64,000 bases of DNA from Botryllus schlosseri. Lineage: Eukaryota. Numbering within the stretch: the stretch's first letter is position 1; each line of letters opens with the position of its first letter. The translations under genes and the position numbers were made by a program. Of this stretch, positions 35,820 to 49,040 are shown one piece after another. Where the stretch lies: assembly GCA_051294905.1 (NCBI GenBank), contig CM119371.1, forward strand, positions 39,496,001-39,560,000, given 5' to 3'. Below the pieces are notes generated by a model. The model saw only the letters and a list, made by a program, of their open reading frames with translations. It was not told the origin of the DNA and searched no databases.

Positions 35820-38800
35820 CTGATGCTTGACAGACAAGCCATAAAACTATTATACACTATCATACACTCCTACCTAGATGTCAAAATGTTCGACTTAATT
35901 TTTCCCGCGCATTCGATGCCGCTTCTGCATTTGACGTGGGCATACGAATCAAATCCTTTCATCATTGCAACGATATAACATAGTAGTTGTACTAGCCATA
36001 TTCGTTAAACCAGGGTATGGTGAGTATGCTGCAGTTGTCCTGTATTGTTAGTAGGCCTAAACGCCATACTTGCAATAGGAGTATTCAAAAACGACTATTT
36101 TTGAAATTGTACTGGCTACTTGATAAAATTGTTAGGTTGCCTAGTTGAAGGCTGCACACCAAATTTGGTTTAATTCCAAGCAGTAGCCGTATTGGTACAA
36201 GAGATCAAAGTCTTCAATTTATTGTTTAAAAAATGAATAAAAATTTTCTCAAGATTTTCTGTTCACCCCATGATATTGTTAAGTTGTGTATAAACGGTGC
36301 TCAGCAAATTTGGCTCAATTTCAACCAGTCGAAGCGGAGTTATTGCAGTCGAAAAATTTGGATTTGAATGTAATAGTATTTACGGTGGCCAGTTCGAGAA
36401 TTAGCTTAAATATTATTTTATTCAAATCCAAATTTTTCGACTGCAATAACTCCGCTTCCACTGTCGAGCCGTGTTACTTGCTAGTGCATTACTCACACGG
36501 CGCGTTGTGCGACAATTACGTTGTCAAATATTGATGCAACAACAAATTTTCAACAGCACAAATTCTCACAGTATTTGATACATTTGAACGGGAACCTAGC
36601 GTATTCTAATTAATAAATGGCAACAGTTTTCCTAATGGTGTCGAAATTAATTATGGCAAGTACGGGGAAGCGGCGCATTGAAATTTGTAGATGTTTACAG
36701 TAGAGTACGACCGAGCCCCAGCTGGTATCATGATTACACAATATACATTTATATATATGTTAATCAAAGGTGGTCAATATAGAAGGAGACGCGTGTTGAA
36801 ATAGAAATGGTGATGCAGAATTATATACCGGTATACTCAAATACGAGTTGAAGCAGTGCTGTTCGAAGCAGCTCAAAACTATTTCAAGTGGAAGTCGAAT
36901 TGTTGTCTTCGAAAACTACTCGAGTAAGTAAGTAGTATTGAAAAGCAATAATAAATACGCACTCATAGATCGCTAACACCTGGAAACTGAGAGCTGGTTC
37001 TGTGTTGCTACATCCCCAGGGAATTATTATGGCATAAGGATTCTCTTGCATCATGCGAAACAAATGATAGCTTTGCCATTGAAAAGTGGTTATGTACTTG
37101 TTTCGACCCCAGTGCCCCTTTCCAGAATATATGACGGTATGGCGCTTTTTCTCGTAGTAAAAGGCCCATAGTTAATGAGACGATGAACGATACGGACAAG
37201 TTGGTTCTGATACTACATTCACGCTTTGATCGACTAGGAAGGAACCTGGAAATATGGAAGATCGTATAATTACAAACATTTTGATGAGTGCCATTTACCG
37301 TGATGAAACTGATGTATGGGCAATGATGTGGTCTTAAAGTTTGCACATACCACATAGGACAGCTACATAAATCATATTGACCGAGAGCGATTAGGCATAT
37401 ACATTTTGCAGAATCATGGTAAAAATTCCGAGAAAACAGCCACTGAATTTCATCGTCTTGATCTTATTCATTCTCTTATCGGATTATTAAAATACTTCTT
37501 CCTGATAAACTGTAAATAACGAAAAGTAAATAAGTAATTCACCAAATAAAACGAAGTTAAAGAGAAAGTAGCTGGAAAGCAGATTTACTTGTGTAAGTAG
37601 GTACTGAAAGTAGAGGAAAACTACTCAAGTAGTTCCAAAAATGGGTAACGATGGAAAGCAACAAAGTACCTCACTGCACAATGCATATTTTGACTCAAGT
37701 CAAATCAATGGGATTTTGAAAGTGACTCGATTCGAGTCAAGTCAAGTCAAGTCACAATTTTAGCCAAGTTGATTTTTCACAGTACGAGGCATAATTGTGT
37801 TATTGCATTTTGATAGCTTTTTGAAAGTTGCCATTTATTTTGAATCGAGGGACGATATGATGCAATGCACTAGTCATCTACACATCCGTGAGATCGGTTC
37901 CGATGGTTGACAAGTAACATGAATTCATAAACTTCATTAAAATTTGATTTAAATTTTACAACAGGTTACCGACCACCTTAGGCGCTGAACTCTAATTTAC
38001 CGAACGTATGCGTGATCGATACGGCATAAAGGGGTGACGTCATAATAGTCAGAATTGACGAATTAGCCGACTCGCAAACGTTCAATAGTCGGTTGTATAT
38101 GGTGACAAAATTACGATACTATTAAGCAGGCCGCCTGCTGAATTGATTTCAAAATTTCCAAGGTAGCATCAATTTATTAGGTTTTAAGTACGTGCCCCAA
38201 TCCCGATAATACATCTATCGCATTAGCTTCGTCGTGTTACTGAACTCGCACATATGATTATTATATATACTCGACATCTAGCGTAAGATAACTAGCCAGT
38301 CCGACTGTAGCCTACAGTGTACACTTAATTTGCGAGCTCACAATCTTCCATCAATACGCATTACGCTAACAGTCCGCCTCATGAACAAATGAATAGCCTA
38401 TGCATTTTCGAAGACGGCTAATAAATCAAGTTCCATGCTCTGGACCCTGTTCAGTAGCCACAATAATTATGTGGAAGCCTGCAACACATCTTCCGATCAT
38501 TGTGTTTTTGGTATTACCGCAAATAAAAGTCAATCACGCCGCTTGATTCTGTTTACAGCCAGTATGTATTTGAATCAAGTCCTCCCGTGTTATATGTCTT
38601 GTGACAGTATGACATCACAATCACAGCAGACGCAATAGTACAGGCAGGCGAGCCAGATATCATATTTCTACACAGCAGGACAATTGCTACATTTCAGGCC
38701 TATAAAAATTGACATCATTTTAGTATTGAGGTTTCGGTCTTGTTGCCTCGCATCGCATCTTCTAATTACTCGCATTCGATCAATGTATTGCTGCTGATTT

Positions 38801-41175
38801 GCTCACGTGAACAGCAGCATTACGAAATACATTGCCGATTTCTAAGACGCACAATTCACCAACTAGTCAAGCAGTTACATGCCTAATGGAGTTCTGGGTA
38901 TGCCGCATACCGAAAAAAATTCCTAGCTATGCACGGCATACGAAGCATACCTGAGTTCAGTGCCTGTGCCGACCAAAATGAGCACTGTAAGCCTAGCCAA
39001 TTATTTTTTCAAATTTCACTGGCTATGTTAGACAATTATTGTTTTGGCTAAAACAGCGCTGTACACCAAATTTGGCTCAATTCCAACCAGTAGAAGTGAG
39101 GTTCTTGCTGTATAAAGTCTTGAATTTATTATTTAAAAAATAAAAATTAAAAAAATTTCTATTTTTGCAGACATTATAAAATTGTTAGACTATCAGTAGA
39201 GATGATGCAAACCAAATTTAGCTCAATTCCAACCACTAGAAGCAAAGTTATTGCAGTAAAAAAATTTGGATTTGAATAAAATAGTCATTATAAAATAATT
39301 ATTATTATAAAATCATAGAATTAGAAATTGAACAGTCTATAGAAGAGAGGTATTTTGCCATTAGATTATTTTACTACTATAGTTAGGAGCTCCGATCACT
39401 TCATTTGCGGTCAATTTATTTGTGATAGAGGAATGGAGGCCCGCCCAGTAAAACGCACAATCTTTGACTGATTGCTCACTCTTCTAAGTTACACCAGCGT
39501 ATCCGAATATATGCAATATCCGTCATTTTGATCGACACCGTTACTTGATGGCTTGAAATTGACTCGTAAATTTTGGTCCGAGTCACGAGTCAATCCACAT
39601 TTCTGAAACGACGAGTAAAGTCAAGTCATTTTTGCAAAGTGACTCGAGTCAAGTCAAGTTATACGAAAAGAGTGATTCGAGTCTGACTTAATCTAGTCAT
39701 CCCAACACTGCCGCTTGATATACATAGCGAGCGAATACCAGTATCCGTACCACAGCCGAAAACGAACTAGGGCAGTCCATTAATAGCCTACTCACCGACG
39801 CAGTGACATCTGAACGCATGTGCCTGGAAACTGGCGCGATACCCTACGTTTTCAACCTTATCGACTAGAAAAAGCCTAGAAGTGGGCCGTGCTAAAAGTT
39901 GACAGATACAGAAACATAATAGAGAATACCGGTCTGGCGTAAATGACCGATGCAGTCGAAAAACGCCATGATTACCCGAAAAAGCAACAAACTCATCGGC
40001 TGGATCGAACTTAATCGTGTGAGAAAACACAATACGCAATTACGCATTACTGCACAGCGGCGACTTTATTTATTAATTATATAACTTGGCTGTGTCGATG
40101 TTCGAGATACAAATATCCAATCGCACGCGCAAATGGTAACTTTTCTTATTTCATAGAGCAGTATCGCAGTAAGGCATACACACTCTTATATCTTCATTTA
40201 TAATCAATGATCGGGATGAAATCTGATCACCGTGAATGATACTGGGCTCATTCGCCTTTAGTAAACTTGAATATATTTCGAATGACACCCTAAAAACTGT
40301 GGGTGTGATCTGTGAATGGCAGCCTGGTACACTAATTTTGCAATTTACATAAACAGGTTAGCAATTGTGGACGAATGGAAGCGTCGTCCACAGAGGTAAC
40401 ATTCGTATAATATATGCTGTGGAGATGAACATCACACCAATGTGACGTCTACCAGCTTTAGATATTGTAGAAAATTGCCACCCTGCATGTGACAGGCGAT
40501 ATCTTATATTTGAAACGGTTGTTAATTTACGGTTCACGTCAAATATTATTTTTAAAATGGCAATAAACCTAAAGTACTGGTTCTTCAGATTATTATACCT
40601 ATATTATGATTACTACTATCTGAGCAGCGTTTTGAAAAGTTCCAAATTCGTGTTGTGCAGAATGCGCATCATAAATAAACCAGAGAGACGTGACAATGAT
40701 GAGCTTTGATGATCTCATGATAACTGTAAAGGTGGCATTTCAATTATAACTCAAGTAGGCTACACATGCGAATGTTCTTATGTAAAATTGCAATATAGCG
40801 TAAGACATAGTCATTCGCATAGTAAAATATCCACCGAGAACCAAATCTGTATGTGTATCGCTTGCCTTGTGAAATCGAATTTGATCGTGGAATCGGGATT
40901 TGATACTGACAAAGCCAATGAAAATGTCAAACTGGTAAGGTGAATGCTCGTTTAGTGCTGAATTTTTTTTTCCTGCTACCAGAGGAATTCATGACAAGCA
41001 CTAGTCCATAACGCTCTATCTAAATTCCCTCCCACGAGGATCTCATATTATGGAATACTAGATTATGGAAGGCATCGCATTGAAAATCGCATTAGGTATG
41101 AATTCGATTCGATGAATCTAGAATACCGCTATTTGTTGTTTCCTACGAAAGCTTTGATTTAATAAAGTGACTCAC

Positions 41176-41483
41176 TTGAATTCGATTTCCCAGACACCTT
41201 GCGATGATGCCCAACAGCTCATCGTCAATACTGCAGTTGTCTAAATTCAAAGAATGAAGGCTTTGACTCCTAGCTGCAAGCGATCCAACGATATGAGCTT
41301 CATCGCGACTCAATGAGATGTCAGTTGCAACGATGACGTCAAGATCTTTCATAAGATCGTCGTCGTCTGATTCATAGATCGTTGTGTAAAGTTCCATGAG
41401 AAGGCGGCTGTCGTTCTTATTCTTCTCGAGTTGAAGGCGGAGCGATCGAGCAAAGACTTGCTGCTTCGCCGTTCCATCCGAGA
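41176..41483 (-). CDS. Exon of NLR-like protein (helical domain end plus first RI-type LRR)
   Basis: TCACAG acceptor, GTGAGT donor; SDGTAKQQVFARSLRLQLEKNKNDSRLLMELYTTIYES...SQSLHSLNLDNCSIDDELLGIIARCL. LHSLNLDNCSI is a canonical LRR; LMELYTTIYES resembles the NLR 'LxxCLYE' segment. Confidence 0.75.
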
Positions 41484-42139
41484 CTGTGACGCAACAAGCA
41501 ATATCGTGGTGATCGTTGGCATTGCATGGTTACGTAACAATTGGAAAATATACGCTACTGCGACAACACAGGGTTAGAATGAAGCGATTGAGCTCTTGGA
41601 TAGAGTTCACATGAGTGTTTCATGGCAATGGCGATGATCAACGCTGAACTATCATTCATTAGTGTTACTTTCAACAATAAATCAGTAACCTACGACTAGA
41701 TGCGCAAAACGTGCCTGCACAGTTGGGTAATTTCTACACTTTCCCTAAACGTATATAGCCGCAGTTCTTGTCCGACAGTTTTTGTGTCTGCGGAACTATC
41801 TATCCGAACCCGAAGAATCTCATCCAAATATTCGACTATATCCGAAAATCTCGCGCAGGAATCCGAAAAATTCATATCGAATAATGATATCGCAGAATAT
41901 CAATTGTACAGCTGAGCTCAGATACAGTTCTACAGATCACGAATCGTATCTATTGAAAGAACATAGGCAAATAGAAAAAAAATTGGAATTTTAATTATAG
42001 GAATGGTAACACAAAGCGACAATGATATTAATTTGAAGTAAGTGTACGAATAAAAGTAGGATCTCGGACCAAAAGCAAATGAAAAATGACAGAGATTATT
42101 AGGCCATTGCCAGAGATGAGCAGATAGCATTCGGACCGG

Positions 42140-43045
42140 ATATTAGACAATTTTGTGGCAGTCGGATAGGATCTGGATATTATCGCAGATTTTTCGGATA
42201 TTGTCGGATAACTGAAACTTTTGATGAGGATAGTTCAGGATAGTTTTACCCAGACGTGAGATTTGATCACAGGCCCATAGACAGAAGTCATCAACTCAAT
42301 AACCAAATACAGCCAGATGACACCTTGCGATAATACTCGTCGCAGTCTTAACAAGGTTTGTCAAGAGTCCAAGAAAATGTCAATCAACTAGCACCACTAC
42401 CATTCTAACCATTCAAGAGTAGACAATAGTCTGCTATTAGGTCTGCCATGTTATCACATTTATTTGCTAAAACACATCAAGTATACCATACTTGCCAGTC
42501 TAACGATATATAGTATGTGAACTAACAAAAGATGGTATGATTAGACATGAGCTCTCCTGACATAGTTATCATCAGTACGTTATTTTCGCAGAGCAGTGTC
42601 TGAAGTTCAAAAAATTGGAGGAATTGATTCATTATCAGTCGAAGAACTGCATTTGCTTCCCGCATTGGTATGAAGTTTTCAAAACCCATAGCTGACGAAT
42701 GTCATAATAAGGCATACAATCTCCAGAAACAATAGGCCTAAAGTTATTCTGTGGTAGTAGTGTTCTGTAGAGTAGAGGCAGTCTTCTGTAGATTAATATA
42801 AGTCAAATCCCTCTTTGCGTACTTGTAGCATGACTGATTTTCATGCTACCATAGTAGTTGTATCGATGATAACCTTTGAATCAGCACTATACCGCGGTGC
42901 TTGTGCTATGGCACAACATTTAGCTACCGTGAGTCTTCCGGCAGTTCATGATCATAACCGAATATATCCTGATGACGTTCAACAATGTAATAATTCCATT
43001 TTGTGAGTGGTAATGTCAGTGTGAATTTGGACTTAGCGTCAGCTT
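42140..43045 (-). repeat. Uninterrupted copy of the repeat that hosts the two LINEs
   Basis: Reverse complement joins 1722-1766, 4320-4452 and 8611-9268 contiguously. Confidence 0.9.
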
Positions 43046-43271
43046 AGCTCGTCGAGTTAAAAACTAAACTAATAACATGTAACAAGACTATGAAATCCAG
43101 AATCCCTATGCCCCTATGCCTTAGTCTCCAGTCCCCAATTCCAGTGCAGATGGCTGATTTTTATGCACTTGGCAATCATTTTTGCATGTTACCCTCCGAC
43201 TCCACTCCGAGTATCACAAAATTGGCAAACTCCACCCCGATGCTCATCACTGGTTCGCCAATAGAAACCTA

Positions 43272-43704
43272 TTTTACGGCAGCTACTGTAGGATTTCTGG
43301 CAATCCAAAAGTTGTCTTCCAGAGCTCAGAATTTACTGAATCTGGTCTTGATCGAAAGCTACTGTCGCACTGATTCCGAAAATGTAAATAAAAATATGAT
43401 CAGGCACTGAACCACTTAGAATTCGCCCTCCAAGTCTGAATTATCGGCATTGTCCGAACAATCGAAGAGCCGCAATGGGTCATTGTTATGGTCATTGTTT
43501 TGCGGTCATCCAATTGTTCTGAACAATGCAGATTTTAGATGTTGAGGGTGGTTTTTCATCTCAGTACGGTGCTTCACCATATTTTGATTGATATTTTCGA
43601 AATCAGTGCGACAGTAGCTTTCGATCAAGACCGGATTCAGTAAATTCTGAGCTCTGGAAGACAACTTTTGGATTGCCAGAAATTCTACAGTAGCTGCCGT
43701 AAAA
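43272..43704. mobile_element. MITE with ~140-bp inverted arms
   Basis: TTTTACGGCAGCTACTGTAG...GCACTGATT arm and its reverse complement at 43561-43704; TA on both sides. Confidence 0.75.
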
Positions 43705-44199
43705 TAAGATTGAGTAAAGCTTCAGCGAAGCGGAACGAAGCTGCAAAATCGGTCGCTGCCATTCCACGTTTACATTCTATAATTAAGGGTGGATTGCACA
43801 GATGTCGATTAATTCCTAATCGCCGATTAAACGTCAGTAATCGGTGGCTTCCGTGGCACAGATGCTGATCTGCCACTAATCGGTGAATTTTAATCGGCCA
43901 AATGTTATCAGCCGAGCGAGGTGTCTAGAAAGTTAATCGGCTGTGTGCTTCGCGTTGACTGCGGTCTGGGCTGGCTACAGGTACACTAGTATTTGGTATT
44001 GAGATGTTGTTAACTGGATTCTCTGACATGCAGTTGCGGTATTTGCTGAAAACATTGTACTCAGACACTACTACAACTGTTGGCGCATATTATGGGCGTG
44101 GGCCTACCACAGCCGATAGTACCTTATGCTATGATTACCGGTATGACATTTTTTACAGACTGTACTGTACACTGTACAGAATTCGATAGTATACTTTGG

Positions 44200-45899
44200 A
44201 AATAAAATACGAGGACGGAAAATTCCAACAGACAGGAAAAGTTTAGAATAATTGAATTGAAACCAAAGAAGACAAAAAGACTGACGGCAAAACAAAAAGA
44301 TGCGGCCTGAGATGTAATCAGTAAGAAATATGCAGCTATGAATACTGGTCCTGCGCGTGCAGCCGTACAACTGGCCAAATCCAGAAAGTATTGAAAAATT
44401 CGAAAAGAAAAGCAAAAAAGTTATATGCATCATGACGCATCGAACGGGTCAAAACTGGCCCACCTCCAGTTGACGAGCTCCTTGGAAAAGGTTTTCGATA
44501 GGTAGGCCTAATTTTACTGACAATTCTTTAAAATTCGCAGTAGGAGATGTATTGTTTCCATTTGTGTTTATCGTGACTCTCTGCATGCTTCATACTCACG
44601 TTTTAACGCTCGTTTTGAACTGAATAGACAAATTTTGATGATCATGAGAAACATAGATTTATTGTCTTTTTGTAATTCCCAACAAACTAACCATATACAG
44701 AGACTGCTGCACGTCATCAGCTATACGAAAACGACACATGGGGAACACTGCTCAGCAAATTCCTAATCTGAACCACTCCTTGATCAATCTTCAATTGATT
44801 TTTATAGCACTGGTATATTTATTATCACTTTTCAGACCTTATTCCATCTCAAATTGAATGTTTGAAACATCGGTATGACTACGATTGCGTATTCGATAGT
44901 CACACGAACAAATGGTGAGTGCATTTAGGAAATAAACTATTTTAATATGTTACAACCAACGACAGAGGAACTTGCATCCAATTTTAACTTGCAACAGTCT
45001 GGCTTTGCTACTGTGCAGGTGCCTGAGCAGTATCGTTGCCATATTATTGTTAGGCTTGCAACTCGACTTGAAGATTTGACTTCGAGTCAGGATTTCTCAT
45101 GCCATATGTCATATTGAAGCAGTGACTCGAGTCAAATCCATTCATCCTATTCCAACTCGAGTCAAGTCATGATTTTAGTCATCCATCCTTCCTATGTTTC
45201 GCGAGGTTAAGATAAACCGTGAAAAAATAATTTGAAAGTAACTTTTCTAATGTATTTCTAACTAAAATTTTTAAATAAAATGGTTATTCAGATGCATATT
45301 CCGAAGATTCAGTTTGCACCTTCATCATCGACGAGGATGTGAACAGTCTGAACACAGAGGCTGGTTCTTCATGTCACAACAGCGATGGTAAGTTGAGGTA
45401 CTAATTTGAAATCCACATAGCCATACGAATACTTCAAATAGAACATTGGGGTTGTTTTGATTGACATTAACATTGCTCTATTGAATCAATACAACTGTTG
45501 TTAACCATAGTTTTCTTGCAGCAAATGAAATTGCTGCCCTTTTCGTTGTTGATGGCGATGTGACGCTTCCTTCAGTTCCCTCGACAGATTTCAGGATGGA
45601 ACACCAGACCGGTAAGTGTTAGCATACAATGATGGTGATGCAACCCACAGTTTATTCATTACTACATTCAGATATGCAAGATGAAACAGAGAACACGAAA
45701 AGCTCAACGCCAATTGTCCCGAAAAAGAGAGCCAGGTGTGTTGATGAAAAAAGTCATATTAATGTTGGTGATCAAAATGTGGTGTTCAGAAATGAACGTC
45801 CTGGAAATGGCAAAGGAGCAGCATGATATCAGAATGAAATATTTTGAATTACAGATGCATGTCAAGTACCAGAAACTGGAAAAAGAACTGCAAAATTGA
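44200..45899 (+). pseudogene. Harbinger Myb/SANT-like DNA-binding protein, frameshifted and spliced remnants
   Basis: Fragments KDAA*DVISKKYAAMNTGPARAAVQL, RKAKK, RIERVKTG-PPP and C-terminal EQHDIRMKYFELQMHVKYQKLEKELQN, with GT-AG bounded pieces. Confidence 0.6.
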
Positions 45900-45934
45900 G
45901 AAAATACAGCAACGAATCGAAATAGCACAAAAAC

Positions 45935-46222
45935 CAGACTTGGACAACTAGTTAATTGGCTGTATAATTAGAATAGTAACTGCAAAATACCAGTAATATA
46001 ATTCTAACTTTATTTCTGGTTTTGCTGAAAATTCTACAGTAGAACTCTACAATCCTAAGCGAGTTGTGCAGATTCAATTTTCACATATTCAGTAATCCCT
46101 ATTCTAATTTAATTGAAAAATAACTACTGTCTATAATTCTATTCTAATTTGGAAAAATATGCAGCCATAATTATCATTATAGTCTAATTTTGAAAAGCTG
46201 ATTTTCTAGTTGTCCAATTCTG
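45935..46222. mobile_element. CAGACTTGGACAACTAG MITE nested in the Harbinger
   Basis: 17-bp inverted ends; internal satellite-like units. Confidence 0.75.
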
Positions 46223-47634
46223 ACTACAGCATAGGCTACTGGATCTCGCAATAAAAATAATTGACAAGGAATTGAATGTGTGGTTATTGGTGTGCTGTGC
46301 AAACACGAGATGAAATACTCAAGACATTCTAGAGAGGTGATTTTGAACAATATGTCTGTGCTGAAGTCATGCTCGGTTGTGCCGTCACGTTATCGGTGTC
46401 GCTAACCTCCAGGGTATATTCCAATGGATTTGCTCTGTCTTTGACCAATCTTCTTGGTACTATCTATTCTGCTAGGCTCTTTAACATCTGGAGGGTAGCA
46501 AGAACATTTAGGTATGGATCCATTGTTATTCTCAGTCGCTATTGCACTATATTAATGTAGCTCTCTATAAAACAGGTTGTATTGAATTTTATGGTTGACC
46601 AAATTCTTGATAAACTGAAGTGAGATTTGGCTGTCAACAAACAAGATTACTCAACTGGGTAACAGCAGATAACTTTGCATTGCAAAATTGTAACATAAAT
46701 GCATTACTGTTTGTACAGCACTTGAGCACATTGCACAACAGTTAGATCCTTGCAATGGCTGAAATTTACTTCTACACTCCTGCAGAGCCAATTGTCATTG
46801 GTATGGAGAAATCAAAATCGTATGCAAATGTGTGTGCATGAACTCAATTTGTATATCTTCACATTGGTGAAGCGGCTAATGCACCAATAAACGGAAAATA
46901 AAATTATATCTGAAAAGTATCTATCTAGTTCTAGATATCCCTGAGTAATGAGATAAATGTCCTGCAATATACGAAATTTGTGGTAGAGTTTCTGGCATAG
47001 CAATACCGGTATAAGACGATGATTTTGGTACGCTATTCCTACAATACCTCTTTTCATAACCTCTAAACGTTTGTTCTGACGCGTTCATAACCTTACACTG
47101 TGCAGTAGCAACAGTTTAGTTAGCTGCTACACTCACATGACATCAACTAAACATACATATTACATATCTATGAAGAGCGCATCTCTCCCTTATGACGACA
47201 CAGTTCATATCGCCACCGACCGAAAACAGCTGATTGCTAGCGTACGTCATTTGAGTCGATTTGCGTCAGTAATCCGCGATAAGATAACTCACAGGCGAAT
47301 CCGTATCTGTACCACAGAGTCACCAGGTGACCTTGCTCGCTGATTAAATTATCGCCGATTAAGGCAATCGGTGATTACTTTTCAATCGGCATCTGTGCAA
47401 TCCACCCTAAAGCATAGAAAACTGAATGGGATAGAACGGTAACTGCGTGGCCTGTCAATCATTTCCGGTCGGGTAACAGTGACCTCACGAGTTGAGCAAA
47501 TTTGCGCCAGTCACAAAACCTTAGCATTGAGAAAGTGTCTGTTTTCTGTTAGTGATCTTTTGGGGCATTTGACCTTATTGTAGGTGTTTTGCAGATATGT
47601 ATTAGTGATTAATTACAACTATCGAATATTGGAA

Positions 47635-49040
47635 ATGCCTGCAAACAGTTGTGCCTTCCCTGGTTGTAATACTATTCGGAAAAATAGTAATTCAGTACTG
47701 TCATGGGATCTGGATTTCTCAACCTTTTGCCTGGTACTCAACTAAATCAATTAAAGCTTGGAAACTGGCAAATTTGACATGGCGTGTGATCATGGAGTGC
47801 GAATCAAACGGCTTTGAGGTTCATGCTGTTGTTGCTGATGGCCATCCAACCAATCGTAAAATGTTCAAAATCATGAGTGGTAGTAAGGAAATTCCAATGG
47901 GGAAATTGTTCATGACACCGAATCCAGCTTCTGCTGACAGGAACATTTACTTTTTGTCCGATCCTTCCCACTTACTCAAGGTAAGCTTGGTTGTTTGGCA
48001 TTCATTCATAACTCATGAATATGTAGCTTTGTATTCTCGATAGACTGTACGAAACTCTCTCTACAATTCGCGGCCAGGTGGGTCAAAATTTCTGTGTTGG
48101 AGTGGACAGCATATCCTATGGACATACGTTGAGGACCTCTTCTATAAAGACGCTGCTTCACTTCTGAGTGAATCGGGACTCACAGAGTCCCATATTCACC
48201 TGACGCCTTACACCAAGGTTGGTTTACCTTCAGCTGACGTCCTATAAAATATTTTATAATATAGTTTATGGCCCTATTGTCCCTCAGATGAAAGTAGATC
48301 TCGCCAGAGGAGTTTTGAATTGGAAAGTCGGAAATTGTCTCTCGAAGATTGCTGGAGCTGAAGGAACTTCAAAGTTTATTCTTCTTTTTTCCAAGTAAAT
48401 TTCTCTTTTTTCATTTTTCGTTATTATTGACTGTATTCAGGTGGTTTGAAATAATCAATTGTGGCTACAAATGTCCGGTAAAAAAAAACGACAAACAGCT
48501 GACATGGCTTCAGAATGAGTTTGTGACATCGCTGTTGGATTGGGAAGTAAGTAGCCTACGTCTTGTGAATTTAGCAATTTAATTTAATTTTGTTGAATGT
48601 TTCAAGGAGGATGTATCTAAGCATCACAGAGGAGAGAGAAAAAGGATATTAGCTCGTCCAACTCTTGAAGGACTCATTTTCACTACATTGAATCTGGTCA
48701 AATTAGCTGAAATATTTCTCGAAGTAATGCCCCGTTTATGGCTCAAGTCCTTTACTCAGGACATTCTGGAGGCTTGTTTTGGAAATCTGGTCTGTGTCAA
48801 TTTTCCAGTATGTGGCATAATTTGATTTCTAATGCATCCTCTAACTAACAGAGAATGCAAGCATATCGATCTCGGCATCCTGATGCTTCGCAGGCATACT
48901 ATGGGCTGCAACACCAGACTCAGCGAAAGTCCATAAAAAAGATCAAAGGGTCCAATGCCGGTTCCTCTTCCACGCATGGCACCAGTAACGTTTGGACTAC
49001 CATCTATGAAGAACCCATCGCCAAGAAGAAGAAAGCGTAG
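47635..49040 (+). pseudogene. P-element/THAP9-like transposase, internally deleted; exons 47635-47980, 48044-48217, 48288-48394, 48441-48546, 48607-48789, 48852-49040
   Basis: THAP start MPANSCAFPGCN, then a jump to VVADGHPTNRKMF, DPSHLLK|TVRN, K|MKVDLA, QDILEACFGNL|R and GSN. Five GT-AG introns of 46-70 nt keep the frame open. Confidence 0.88.

Larger units (their letters stand above)
43787..47407. mobile_element. PIF/Harbinger element (decayed)
   Basis: TIR GGGTGGATTGCACAGATG / CATCTGTGCAATCCACCC; 3-bp TSD TAA; internal Myb/SANT remnants. Confidence 0.88.

Noticed and set aside
30100..37130. Scattered RT-like peptides (LEFKYFG ~30120, LQNRAAPWV ~35070, YIPRELLWHK ~37015)
   Set aside because: Too short and not colinear; perhaps ancient LINE debris but not supportable as features.
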